This document shows positions 10,340-20,108 of a stretch of DNA of 64,000 nt, piece after piece. This DNA is from Bacteriovorax stolpii (GTDB lineage Bacteria > Bdellovibrionota > Bacteriovoracia > Bacteriovoracales > Bacteriovoracaceae), in contig CAMCYI010000004.1 in assembly GCA_945883845.1 (NCBI GenBank), positions 1,475-65,474 of the forward strand, read 5' to 3'. The number at the start of each line of letters is the position of its first letter. Position 1 is the first letter of the stretch. Made by a program: the position numbers and the translations under genes. The notes under the pieces were generated by a model. That model was not told the DNA's origin. It did no database searches and worked only from the letters and a program-made list of their open reading frames with translations.

Positions 10340-10591
10340 AAGCATTCTCCATTCGAAAAACATTCTCTTATCCAAGATGGGATCGAGATTTTGAACGTCA
10401 AGGTTTCGGCTACTTATGAAATTTACCATAGACGACAGACAAGATTAATGTTTTTTAGGGAGCTCACAGTGGCAAAGTGTGCTCTTGCGCGACGCAGTTA
10501 TGAGCGTGCAAATCTGTTATTGTCTTACATGATATTGCCTCTTTCATGTTGAAATTGTTACGCTTTGGGCAAGAATAAAAGGATTTATTTT

Positions 10592-11821
10592 ATGAAAAAA
10601 ATTATCGCTCTGTTGGGCCTATGTCTTATTAACTCAGCCTTTGCCGCACTCGATCCGGTCATTGAAGAATCTCTCTACTTAAAATACCAGGAAAGCATTC
10701 TCAGTAAGAACCATCATAAGAACGCCATGGTTGGATTCACTCACCTAGAGCAGGAAATATTTGTCGATGCTGTGGAAACTCTCGCTCTGGAAAATTCTCC
10801 GGAAGCACTTGTTGCTCTCGAAAACATCAACACGATTACCTTCGGCGTTGTGGAAGATCTTCGGGTTTCAATTCTTCGCCTCAAGTATGAAACACAAACA
10901 TCTCTCCCGGAAGCTCTGGTCAACGAACTCACAACGTTACTTCTTGACCGGGAAGTTGATGTCAAACTCATCTATACTCTTGCTGCTTACGAAAAAATCC
11001 TCATCAAGGCGGGTGCTTCAAACATCATTGAACTCGCAAAACGCCATCCGCAGTACTCGGACGTATCTGATGATGATGATTTCAGGCAGACTCTCTCTGA
11101 CGACATCTTTTCTGATCTCGTTTACAAAAATCCCGATGTCACTGACTACATGAATGGTGAATACGTAAACTCAGTGAAAATTTTCATGTTCTGCCGCGAA
11201 AACAGACTCTATCCATGCCTCATGGTGATGAAAGATGTTCATGGCCAGCTCGTTCGCGAAGCTAACGGTAAGCTCTGGACTCATCCCGCACTCGCCTCTT
11301 CAAAACAAGGACTTCCAAGTTACTCACGTAACGGAAACACGCCCACTGGAGTCCTCACAATTGATTCTGTTATGCCAGCTGCAGATCAGGTCACTTCATT
11401 CGGAAAATACCGTCGCATGATCCTCAACTGGGTGCCTAAATCTAAAGATGAAGTTCTCATGCTCTCTCTTCTTCCGGAAAGTTCAAAAAGCAAAGACTGG
11501 TGGAAAGAAGCTCAGGTGTCTCGTGACATCGGCCGGAATTACCTTCGTATTCACGGTTCAGGAAAATTGAATCCGGATCCTAAGACTCCGTACTTCCCGT
11601 TCAACCGTACAAGTGGATGTATCTCTCAGAGAGAAAACACTTACAACGGAGTGACTTATAAAGACCAGCGCGAGATCCTCGACTCCGTTATGGTTGCCAT
11701 GAATCTCAAGCCGGTATTCGCGAATGAACTTGCAGTTAAAGGGATTCTCTACGTCACAGAGATCAACGATATTCAGGAACCAGTATCACTCGAGGCACTC
11801 AACCAACTCGGGATCGAATAA
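10592..11821 (+). CDS. Secreted L,D-transpeptidase-like (YkuD-type) protein with N-terminal extension
   Basis: GNTPTGVLTI and LRIHGSG...TSGCI (H-G...S/T-x-G-C); signal peptide from ATG 10592. Confidence 0.6.
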   Translation: MKKIIALLGLCLINSAFAALDPVIEESLYLKYQESILSKNHHKNAMVGFTHLEQEIFVDAVETLALENSPEALVALENINTITFGVVEDLRVSILRLKYETQTSLPEALVNELTTLLLDREVDVKLIYTLAAYEKILIKAGASNIIELAKRHPQYSDVSDDDDFRQTLSDDIFSDLVYKNPDVTDYMNGEYVNSVKIFMFCRENRLYPCLMVMKDVHGQLVREANGKLWTHPALASSKQGLPSYSRNGNTPTGVLTIDSVMPAADQVTSFGKYRRMILNWVPKSKDEVLMLSLLPESSKSKDWWKEAQVSRDIGRNYLRIHGSGKLNPDPKTPYFPFNRTSGCISQRENTYNGVTYKDQREILDSVMVAMNLKPVFANELAVKGILYVTEINDIQEPVSLEALNQLGIE

Positions 11822-11827
11822 GGCCTA

Positions 11828-12718
11828 ATGCTCACTCAGAATCTTCCTCATTACGAGCTTCTCGACTCAGGATTGGGTCGGAAGCTCGAAATTATTTCCG
11901 GCATCACTGTCGATCGTCCATCACCTCAGGCCATCTGGAAGCCACTTCTTAAAGAAACTGATTGGGCGAAGGCCAATTCAGTCTGCGTGCGGACTAAAGA
12001 TGGCGGCGGAAAGTGGGAACACAAAAAACTTCCGCCAGAAGACATCACTCTCCCTTTTAAAATCGAAAATAAGACTCTGCAGTTTCGTCTGAAGTTTACT
12101 TCGTTCGGGCATTGCGGTGTTTTTTTCGAGCAGATACCTGTGTGGGAGTGGCTCTACCAGGAAGTGAAAATCCTTAAAGAAAAACTCGGTCGTGCTCCCA
12201 AAGTGGTTAACCTTTTTGGCTACACTGGATGTGCGAGTATCGTGATGGCAGCTGCCGGTGCAGAAGTTTTTCACGTGGACAGCTCAAAAGGTGTTCTTGA
12301 TTGGGGTAAAGAATCCCTCGCCCTTTCGAAGATGGATGGAAAGAGTGTCCGCTGGGTGCAGGAAGATGCGCAGGAATTTTTACGCCATTCCTTTAAGAAG
12401 AACTTCATCTACGACGGAATTCTCGCCGATCCTCCGAGCTGGGGCCACGGTGTAAAAAAAGAAGTCTGGGATTTTGAAAAACATATTCATCTTTTGATTG
12501 AGCTGATGCTCTCGACTCTCACAAAAGAAAATAGCTTCCTCTTCCTTTCAAGTCACACCCATGGAGTTCAGCCCGAGGCCTTGAGAAATATTCTTTTTGA
12601 TAAGCGCTGGAAAGAGTTTGGGCCTGGAGAACTGGGTGTCAAACATCAAAGAGATTCACGGATTTTACCTGCGGGAATTTTCTGTACGGCGAGATCTTAT
12701 TCCGCGGTGGAGCGCTGA
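11828..12718 (+). CDS. Class I SAM-dependent methyltransferase (RlmI/RlmK-like catalytic domain)
   Basis: ELLDSG.GRKLE, FGHCGVFFEQ, VVNLFGYTG, ILADPPSWG. Confidence 0.8.
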   Translation: MLTQNLPHYELLDSGLGRKLEIISGITVDRPSPQAIWKPLLKETDWAKANSVCVRTKDGGGKWEHKKLPPEDITLPFKIENKTLQFRLKFTSFGHCGVFFEQIPVWEWLYQEVKILKEKLGRAPKVVNLFGYTGCASIVMAAAGAEVFHVDSSKGVLDWGKESLALSKMDGKSVRWVQEDAQEFLRHSFKKNFIYDGILADPPSWGHGVKKEVWDFEKHIHLLIELMLSTLTKENSFLFLSSHTHGVQPEALRNILFDKRWKEFGPGELGVKHQRDSRILPAGIFCTARSYSAVER

Positions 12719-13617
12719 AAAAAATCTGCATTCATGCGGTTGTCCTGAGTGTTAAAAAAACGCTGAAGATAATCCACTTTATTTTTAAGAATCGGATCAT
12801 TCAAAGTCCAGTTTTGCACTCTTGATCCGTAACCTTTCGTCATCATCCACGCAAAGACTTCGGCCTTATCTTCCTCGATCGCCGTCGTCGCGTATCGGCT
12901 CACAAATCCAGGTTGGCTGTGTCCTGTATTATGAAATCCACCTGCGCAGCTGTAAGTCTGAGCAGCATTGCTCGAGTATTGGTGCTTGCTATCATTCATC
13001 GCGGCCCAGGACGGATCATTAAAATGCATGTCTCCATTTTTTTTCCCTTCAAGGAAATGATAAAACTCGTGGTGAACTCTGAGTTCCATTCCGGGTTCAC
13101 ACTGAAGGTCGTTGTTGTCGGCATAGATCAATGCGTTCGATTCAGGGGCAGGCATGGCCTTTCTCATCTGCCCGATGACCTGGAGATTTTTAGCAAAGTA
13201 CACTCTCCGAAAATTCATGTTGCGCAGAAAATTTCGCGGATACTGTGAAAGGGCCGAGTAAGTAATGTTAGCAAGTCGCTTCAGCCTTGCGCGATCTTCC
13301 GGATTATTTCTGAATCTCTCCCAGGTCCCCGCTCCAAGATGATCACCCCAGCGAGGATTAATCCCTAGTGCCCGAAACTTGATTTCAATTTCCATTTTCA
13401 GATCATGGAGATTGTTGATCCCACTGAATTGATCCGGATACGGGGGCCGCTTTGGGCATTCTTCAGCAAGACTGTCGTAGAGCACTTTGTTCGTGATATT
13501 GGTGATTTCAGAAGCAAGATCAGAAAGTTCTGTCACGGGCATCACAGTACAGACGAGACTATCCTCCTGTGCCCAGGCGGAAAACATAGAGAACAGGATG
13601 AAAGGAAGCATCCACAT
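12697..13617 (-). CDS. Secreted putative zinc-binding metallopeptidase
   Basis: VHHEFYH plus GFVSRYATTAIEEDKAEVFA (third-ligand region); signal peptide. Confidence 0.65.
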   Translation of the reverse strand: MWMLPFILFSMFSAWAQEDSLVCTVMPVTELSDLASEITNITNKVLYDSLAEECPKRPPYPDQFSGINNLHDLKMEIEIKFRALGINPRWGDHLGAGTWERFRNNPEDRARLKRLANITYSALSQYPRNFLRNMNFRRVYFAKNLQVIGQMRKAMPAPESNALIYADNNDLQCEPGMELRVHHEFYHFLEGKKNGDMHFNDPSWAAMNDSKHQYSSNAAQTYSCAGGFHNTGHSQPGFVSRYATTAIEEDKAEVFAWMMTKGYGSRVQNWTLNDPILKNKVDYLQRFFNTQDNRMNADFFQRSTAE

Positions 13618-13657
13618 AGGATGATTTTCGGTATTTTCGTGAGAAGATGAAGGGAAA

Positions 13658-14398
13658 TCAGATTCCTTGACGGTACCACTCGGTTAAGAGCGAAGCCGTA
13701 GCATTGGAAACGTTCAAGCTCTCAACTTCACCAGAGCCGGGAATCGAAAGGAGCTTACTCATCCGCTTAAGCATGGGAGCTGAGAGGCCCTCACGTTCGG
13801 CCCCCAGGAAAACGATCGCTTTCTCCGGAAATTTTGTCTTGAACAGGGACTCCCCTTGATGACTAGAAGTTGCAAAGAACTCGTAGCCCAATTTTTTAGC
13901 TTCTTCAAAAACCGGGGCCCACTTGTCGAGGTGCAAGGCCGGTACTATTTCCGCTCCACCTTCGGCTGTTCTCATGGCAGAAGCACTAAGTGCCACCGGG
14001 ACTTTTGCTTCATAGAGAATTCCACTCACACCAAAGTGCGCGGCCGTTCTCATGATGGCACCGAGGTTATGGGGATTTTCAACTTCCTCAAGTGCCAGGA
14101 TCAGCTTGCGGCCTGCACCACCCAGCATCTCTTTAAGCTCGGGAGCTTTTCTCGTTTTCACGATCAGGGCCACACCTTCGTGATGGGTCGACTTCGTGAT
14201 CGCCTCGAGTTCTTCGAGAGTCACAACGTGGTAGGCGAGCTTTTTATCAACACAATGGCGAACTATGCCTTTGAATTCAAAAACTCCATCTTGGGTCACA
14301 TAGGCCCGAATGATGTCATCTGCACGTTTCTGGAAGAGAGTCTGGCAGGCATGACGGCCGTAGACCTTCATTTCCTGGTTTTTTTTCGTCTGTTTCAT
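13658..14398 (-). CDS. TrmH/SpoU-family RNA methyltransferase
   Basis: LEEVENPHNLGAIMRTAAHFG, LGAEREGL, ESLNVSNA. Confidence 0.9.
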   Translation of the reverse strand: MKQTKKNQEMKVYGRHACQTLFQKRADDIIRAYVTQDGVFEFKGIVRHCVDKKLAYHVVTLEELEAITKSTHHEGVALIVKTRKAPELKEMLGGAGRKLILALEEVENPHNLGAIMRTAAHFGVSGILYEAKVPVALSASAMRTAEGGAEIVPALHLDKWAPVFEEAKKLGYEFFATSSHQGESLFKTKFPEKAIVFLGAEREGLSAPMLKRMSKLLSIPGSGEVESLNVSNATASLLTEWYRQGI

Positions 14399-14442
14399 GA
14401 GTTGCCTTTTAACACGCCACACTTTTAGTGTATAGAGTCTCT

Positions 14443-15363
14443 ATGAATCATTTCACCGGATATCTTGCCATTCATCAGCTGGAGGCCGAACTCGAGCGCG
14501 AGCTGGAGATCCGTAAAATCCCGTTGAAAGAAAGGAAAGGCCGCTTATTCCTTGTGGAAGGCGATGCCCCCGATATGATCTGGGCCCAGGTCACAGCAAG
14601 AAATCTACAGTTCATCGACATCACGAGTATTGGCGACGGTGCCAAAAAACTCAAAGCTCTCGGCAGGAACTGGGGCCTGTTTACCGTCGATCATCATCGT
14701 CGAGCCCAGCTGATTCAGGATGAGCTTCCGAAGATCAATCAAAAGCCAATTCCTTTTCGCCATCCCCTGCCTTCTCTCCCGATGGGATTCTGGACACTTT
14801 GGGAGCCGAACCGCATTCTTGCGACTCAGGAAACAAACAATCCTTTTCCTCTGGGTGAAATGGATTTTCAGGAAGACAAGGTCATGCCTCCGTCCCGTGC
14901 CTACCTCAAGCTCTGGGAGTTTTTCACTCTCTACGCTCCTGAAGAGATTCTGGGAGGAAGATCCATCGATGTCGGTTCTTGTCCCGGCGGATGGACATGG
15001 GTTCTTCGCACACTGAATTTTGATCACACGATATCAGTGGATAAAGCTCCTATTGAAAAACGCATCATGGATCTGGGTCAGATAGAGTTCCGTCAGGAGA
15101 GTGCTTTCGGGCTTGACCCTGCTGCGGTCGGTGAGCTCGACTGGTTCTGCTCCGATATTATCTGTTATCCTGAAAGACTCCTGAATCTTGTGAAGAGATT
15201 TATGGAACATGGTCTCGTGAAAAATTTTGTCTGCACGATCAAGTATCAATCTGAAACCGACTGGGAACAGACGCTGAAATTTCTGGAAATTCCCGGATCG
15301 CGTATCGTCCACCTTCATCACAATAAGCATGAAGTAACCTGGTTTTTAAAAGGGGCCCTTTAG
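14443..15363 (+). CDS. RlmM-like 23S rRNA 2'-O-methyltransferase (FtsJ fold)
   Basis: PPSRAYLKLWE, DVGSCPGGWT, WFCSDIICYP. Confidence 0.75.
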   Translation: MNHFTGYLAIHQLEAELERELEIRKIPLKERKGRLFLVEGDAPDMIWAQVTARNLQFIDITSIGDGAKKLKALGRNWGLFTVDHHRRAQLIQDELPKINQKPIPFRHPLPSLPMGFWTLWEPNRILATQETNNPFPLGEMDFQEDKVMPPSRAYLKLWEFFTLYAPEEILGGRSIDVGSCPGGWTWVLRTLNFDHTISVDKAPIEKRIMDLGQIEFRQESAFGLDPAAVGELDWFCSDIICYPERLLNLVKRFMEHGLVKNFVCTIKYQSETDWEQTLKFLEIPGSRIVHLHHNKHEVTWFLKGAL

Positions 15364-16565
15364 TGAAATATTACAACGCCGAGAAACCCGTCAGACTTAA
15401 ACTGACAAGAGATGTGGTGAAGCACTTAAAACGTGGCAACCCTTGGGTCTTTTCAGACGCCATTGAAAAAGTAAAAGTACCGGAAGGAAGCTACGCCATT
15501 CTCTCGAGCCACAAGAATGAAGTCGTGGCCCACGGATTCTACTCTCCATCGATCAATCTATCGTTTCGTGTCCTGAACCTTGGCGATAAGAAATTTAATG
15601 ATACAGAAGTTGTGGCGAGACTCAGACGCGCGATTGCCAACAAAAAACACCTCCTCACCCTCGAGAACAAATGCTTTCGTGTCCTCAATGGTGAAGGTGA
15701 TGAGCTCCCTGGAGTTGTAGCTGATTTTTATCAGGGCACAGTGGTGATGAAGCTGGATGGTACTGGTTCAGAGAAGTTCTGGAACAAAGAGGCCCTCGCC
15801 AATTTCTTCATGGAACAAGACGAGATTCCGGTGAAATGTGTTTACTACAAACGCAAAAACAATGAAGAAGATAAGGGGATGATTCTCGCGGGCCAGTCAG
15901 ACAGCTTAGGCGATCATGAATTCATCGAGCACGGAGTAAAATTCCGTACGAACATCATCGATGCCGCTAAAACCGGATTCTTTCTTGATCAACGTGAAAA
16001 CAGAAATTTCATCCGCACAGTCTCTAAAGATAAAACGCTCCTCAATTTGTTCGGTTATACTGGAGGTTTCTCCGTTTATGCGGGCCTCGGCGGAGCAAAG
16101 ATGGTGACAACTGTCGACATTGCTCCTCAGGCCATCAAGGCCTCAGAGCTTAACTGGCAGATCAACCTTCTTTCATCAGACCTTCACACAGCTGTTTGCG
16201 AAGATGCCTTTCTTTTCGTAGAGAACGCCATCAATGAGAAAAAGACATGGGACATTGTGATCACCGACCCACCTAGTTTTGCTCCCAATCAAAAGGCAGT
16301 AGCTAGTGCTCAGGAAGCGTATACAAAAATATTCTCTGACTCGCTCCGCCTCGTAAAAGACGGTGGATATTTCGCGGCTTCAAGTTGTTCGGGTCATATT
16401 ACCTTTGAAAATTTCCTTGAGATTGTTCAGGAAGCGCTGGCAAAGGCGCGACGTCGCGGCAAAGTTCTTCTGATCAAAGGACAACCTGAAGACCATCCAT
16501 TCCCTCTCGCTCTCCAGGACATGAGGTATCTTAAGTTTGTCTACCTTCAGGTCTTCAAGGACTAG
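15363..16565 (+). CDS. rlmI: RlmI-family rRNA methyltransferase (PUA + class I MTase)
   Basis: GNPWVFSD, GEGDELPG..AD.Y, KTGFFLDQRENR, LNLFGYTGGF, ITDPPSF, QPEDHP. Confidence 0.8.
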   Translation: MKYYNAEKPVRLKLTRDVVKHLKRGNPWVFSDAIEKVKVPEGSYAILSSHKNEVVAHGFYSPSINLSFRVLNLGDKKFNDTEVVARLRRAIANKKHLLTLENKCFRVLNGEGDELPGVVADFYQGTVVMKLDGTGSEKFWNKEALANFFMEQDEIPVKCVYYKRKNNEEDKGMILAGQSDSLGDHEFIEHGVKFRTNIIDAAKTGFFLDQRENRNFIRTVSKDKTLLNLFGYTGGFSVYAGLGGAKMVTTVDIAPQAIKASELNWQINLLSSDLHTAVCEDAFLFVENAINEKKTWDIVITDPPSFAPNQKAVASAQEAYTKIFSDSLRLVKDGGYFAASSCSGHITFENFLEIVQEALAKARRRGKVLLIKGQPEDHPFPLALQDMRYLKFVYLQVFKD

Positions 16566-16611
16566 TTGAAAACCTCTTTCTCAAATTTGTTAAGTATGAT
16601 TTAACTATTTC

Positions 16612-18033
16612 ATGTCGAAGAGGTCCGTTTTCGTATTCTTCAGTGGTTTTATTTTGTCCGTGCTTTGCATACAGGGGCTCTTCTATTTCCTTAAAGAGCG
16701 GGAGAAGATTTCTGACGCCCGAGAAATCAAGCTCATTCATGAAACTGTTAAAGACCGCTTCAGACTTTTCCTCAACCTTCCTCGCACTGTCACTCTCCTT
16801 GGTGCCGAATATTTCTCTGAGGGAGATTTCAAGACAAAAAGCTATGGCCCGTTCAATCTTGATCTTTTAGAAGGGAACAAAGAAATTCTGGGGCTCAATC
16901 TCGTGAACGAGAACGGCGAGATCATCAGAGTGTTTCCACAAAAAACTAACCAACATGCCATCGGACGCATTACACAGAATTATCCGGCACTCATCGATTC
17001 ATGGAACGAGAAAAGGGCCTACTGGCTTTCCTCACCATTTGAGCTCTATCAGAAGCAAACCGGATTTGCTTTCTACGCACCCATCATTGAAAAAGAAAGA
17101 CTTCAGGGTTGGTTTGCCACCGTTATCAGCAGTCATGAATTTTTCAATCAGTTTCGACTCACTGAGGTCCTTGATATCTACGAACTCAATATAAAAGATG
17201 CAGAAACCGGCAAGTCCTATTTCTCCAGTGGGCTTGATGAACAAACAGAGGGACTTAAATCCACTGTCATGATCGAAAACAGGACCTTAATCTTCAAATG
17301 CTGGAGAAAGAAAAATTTCGAAACATATATCATTCCCTGGTACGTTTGTTTCATCGTGAGCACACTCGCTGGTTGCGTTGCTCTTTTCATCTTCCATCTT
17401 TGGGAACATAGAAGACGAATCAAGCATCAGTTGAGGGATATCCGGATCCTTTTGAAACTCACTTCCCGTGAAGCTGTGACAAAACTCATTGAGTTGAAAA
17501 CTACACCAGGAATCGATCAGAATGACCTTTCATATCTCAGTCATCTTCTGGAGCAGGTGGATCTCCTGCAAACAATGGCAAGCTCAGAATTAAAACATAA
17601 AAATCAAAAATTTGAACTCTTTCCACTTATCTTGAATCAGCTCGATGAACTCAAAGTTCCTCTGGAGAAAAAGAACATCCGGATCATCTTTGACCGCAAG
17701 GCCATGGAGAACCTAACCGTCCTCGTGAATCAAAACCTGATTGAAGACAGCGTTCTTCATCATGTCCTCGTTCATCTTGCCGTCTATACTTCAGAGAAGT
17801 CTGCCATCGAAATTTTTAGCATCGAGAAACCTCAAAAGTATTTTCTTATTTTCCATTCACATCACATCACAGGTCCGGAAGCTTTTCAGACCGATCGACG
17901 TTTTGAAGTGGCAAAAAAAGTCATGAATCTTTGTGGAGGAAGTTTAACTCTCGAGAACAGCGATTCTCATGGCATGCTGATCAAGCTAGAGTTTCCTGTC
18001 ACGATGAAAGTCGATCGTAGTCTCGAAAAATAA
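16612..18033 (+). CDS. Membrane sensor (CHASE-like periplasmic domain) with degenerate histidine-kinase-like C-terminus
   Basis: Two TM segments flank a periplasmic domain; the C-terminal AKKVMNLCGGSLTLE...LEFP resembles an HATPase end, but N/G1/G2 boxes are eroded. Confidence 0.55.
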   Translation: MSKRSVFVFFSGFILSVLCIQGLFYFLKEREKISDAREIKLIHETVKDRFRLFLNLPRTVTLLGAEYFSEGDFKTKSYGPFNLDLLEGNKEILGLNLVNENGEIIRVFPQKTNQHAIGRITQNYPALIDSWNEKRAYWLSSPFELYQKQTGFAFYAPIIEKERLQGWFATVISSHEFFNQFRLTEVLDIYELNIKDAETGKSYFSSGLDEQTEGLKSTVMIENRTLIFKCWRKKNFETYIIPWYVCFIVSTLAGCVALFIFHLWEHRRRIKHQLRDIRILLKLTSREAVTKLIELKTTPGIDQNDLSYLSHLLEQVDLLQTMASSELKHKNQKFELFPLILNQLDELKVPLEKKNIRIIFDRKAMENLTVLVNQNLIEDSVLHHVLVHLAVYTSEKSAIEIFSIEKPQKYFLIFHSHHITGPEAFQTDRRFEVAKKVMNLCGGSLTLENSDSHGMLIKLEFPVTMKVDRSLEK

Positions 18034-18037
18034 AAAA

Positions 18038-18727
18038 TTACTGAACGGATTTTGAAGAAAGTTTGCGAAAGTTCATCCAGAGCTGGGATTTCAAAAATTC
18101 CAGATCCATTTTAATAAACTCGGCAGTGCGGACGTAAATCTCATGAATATCGAGATGTTTTTGATTGTCAGTTTCCAGGAAAAGGTGCTCAACAGGAATC
18201 AGTGGAAGAAGCTCCCTGATCTGAGGCGAGTTATCAACCGAGAGACCAAACGAAAAGTAACTCTCAGGATGAAGCCGCATGAGATCTTTCATCAATTGCT
18301 CATTGCCTCTGAAGTCGTGAAAGATCCATGGAACCTGGGCCGTTCTTTTTTTAAGAAACCCAAGAAAGTCAGAACCACTTCGCACATTATGAATCACCAG
18401 AGGCAGATGATATTTTTCAGCAATGTCCCAATGCCAGAAGAAAAGCTCTTCCTGAAACTCCAGAGTCTCCGGCAGTGTCCGATCAATACCAGTCTCGCCG
18501 ATCAGGGCGAGCTTACCTTTTTGAGCTAGACTCTCCACCAGGGTCTTGAACGCTTCAATTTCATCTCTCGTGAAATCTTCCGTCCACCACGGGTGAATAC
18601 CGGCAGAAGTGTACTCACCAATCGTCTTCTCCTGATGAAGCTCATCCATGGATAGGCAGGAAACGGCAAGGGCCCCTTCGAGAGGGGCCCTGCGGTGTGT
18701 ATGAATATCAAGATAGGGAGCGTTCAA
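18038..18727 (-). CDS. TatD-family hydrolase
   Basis: DIHTH, GIHPW, IGETGID, HNVRS, FHDF, LFLETD; TTG start. Confidence 0.9.
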   Translation of the reverse strand: MNAPYLDIHTHRRAPLEGALAVSCLSMDELHQEKTIGEYTSAGIHPWWTEDFTRDEIEAFKTLVESLAQKGKLALIGETGIDRTLPETLEFQEELFFWHWDIAEKYHLPLVIHNVRSGSDFLGFLKKRTAQVPWIFHDFRGNEQLMKDLMRLHPESYFSFGLSVDNSPQIRELLPLIPVEHLFLETDNQKHLDIHEIYVRTAEFIKMDLEFLKSQLWMNFRKLSSKSVQ

Positions 18728-18730
18728 AAC

Positions 18731-19057
18731 TTAGTGGCACCAGATGTTATGAGAAATGTTTCTAATGCGGTAAGGGCTGTTTGGACGGTAAGTCTGGTTC
18801 ATCCATCCACGTGGGTAAACATGAATGCTCACTTGAGCAGTGTGAACGCGGGCATCAGGGCCATCCATGTACATAGAAAGTGAACCTGTACACCAGACGT
18901 AGTTTTGATTCGGGTTAGAGACAGAAACTTGTGCGTATGAACCGTAGTTGTTGACGAACGGATATACCGGGCGGGGAGGTTGAGGATATGGATTCCATTG
19001 TGCAAGAGCTGCTGTAGAGGACACAACGAGAGCGATTGCCACGAAAAAATTTTTCAT
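18731..19057 (-). CDS. Small secreted protein (Pro-rich N-terminus, two Cys)
   Basis: AGGAG RBS, signal peptide. Confidence 0.75.
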   Translation of the reverse strand: MKNFFVAIALVVSSTAALAQWNPYPQPPRPVYPFVNNYGSYAQVSVSNPNQNYVWCTGSLSMYMDGPDARVHTAQVSIHVYPRGWMNQTYRPNSPYRIRNISHNIWCH

Positions 19058-19143
19058 AAAAACTCCTTTTGTGATATTTAACCAGCATCGAACATCATGT
19101 GTCTATTTGACAAAACCTTGCAGCACACAAAGGAATTGCCCCT

Positions 19144-19785
19144 ATGGGATTCGTACCGGCCGAAATTGAAACTTATTGCATAGATCATTCCACACGTCCG
19201 GGCCAGGTAGCGAAGGATCTTCAGCAGCATACACTCGCCTCTGTCCACGGGAGCAACATGCTCATTGGAGAAATGGAGGCCTCCGTTCTGGGTTTTCTTA
19301 TTCGTTTGGGGAAAGTTAAAAACATTCTGGAGTTCGGCACGTACACGGGATATTCCGCCCTCGCAATGGCCGAGCATTTACCTCAAGATGGTTCGGTGAC
19401 GACGATTGATCTCAATCCTGAGACTTGTAAGATTGCTTCCGAATTCTGGTCGCGGTCACCTCATGGAAAAAAAATTAAGCAGATTTTAAAACCGGGCCTT
19501 GAGGCGATGAAAGATCTCCCCCAGAAATTCGATTTGATTTTCATTGATGCTGATAAAAATAATTATTCAAATTATCTCACCTGGGGTCTTGAGCATCTTT
19601 CTGAAAATGGACTTATTGTTGTCGATAATACTTTATGGTCTGGAAAAGTTCTTGAAGCATCTGGCGACAAGCAAACAGAATCCATCAAAGCTCACAACGA
19701 GCTGGCCAAAAGTCTGGAGGGATACACGAAAACACTTTTACCGATTCGTGATGGAATGTTTCTTATTTCGAAGGTGACTGGTTAG
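19144..19785 (+). CDS. O-methyltransferase (Methyltransf_3 / CCoAOMT-like)
   Basis: ILEFGTYTGYSAL, FDLIFIDADKNNY, VVDNTLWSG, LPIRDG. Confidence 0.9.
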   Translation: MGFVPAEIETYCIDHSTRPGQVAKDLQQHTLASVHGSNMLIGEMEASVLGFLIRLGKVKNILEFGTYTGYSALAMAEHLPQDGSVTTIDLNPETCKIASEFWSRSPHGKKIKQILKPGLEAMKDLPQKFDLIFIDADKNNYSNYLTWGLEHLSENGLIVVDNTLWSGKVLEASGDKQTESIKAHNELAKSLEGYTKTLLPIRDGMFLISKVTG

Positions 19786-19969
19786 TCGCAGGCATCACCT
19801 CCGGAAACTGATCTTTCGTCGTAGCATCTCTCTCTGTCATACCTTCTTCCTGAAAAGACTGTTTCCGGTTAGCTCCTGAATCCCACGTCTCTTTCTTATC
19901 AGGAGACTCGGGAGTTGATTTACACGAACTTAAGATCATCATAAGAAACATGAAAAAAATTGTTTTCAT
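19763..19969 (-). CDS. Small lipoprotein
   Basis: GGAGG RBS; MKTIFFMFLMMILSSC lipobox. Confidence 0.7.
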   Translation of the reverse strand: MKTIFFMFLMMILSSCKSTPESPDKKETWDSGANRKQSFQEEGMTERDATTKDQFPEVMPATNQSPSK

Positions 19970-20108
19970 CTGCCCTCCATAGCTCACTTTTAGTTCTATC
20001 ATTTTCACTTGGACCATTGATCACAAGTCTTCCTAAAAAAGTATTTAACTCTCTTTTTATTAATCCGGATTGGCCCTTAAATGAGTCATGCATTCAAGGA
20101 GGAATGTG

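Noticed and set aside
13856-14428. 190-aa plus-strand ORF
   Set aside because: Antisense to the TrmH gene, with no motifs. The same applies to 33821..34330, 43607..44143, 58031..58585 and the other short overlapping ORFs.
14431-14442. TATAGA 6 nt before ATG 14443; also GAAAAT before 13617 and 31020
   Set aside because: Each lacks a conserved -10 base, so they were left out of the leaderless count.
18672-18692. gggcccct-tcgag-aggggccc hairpin resembling that at 9397
   Set aside because: Lies within the TatD coding region; two loose copies do not support a REP family.
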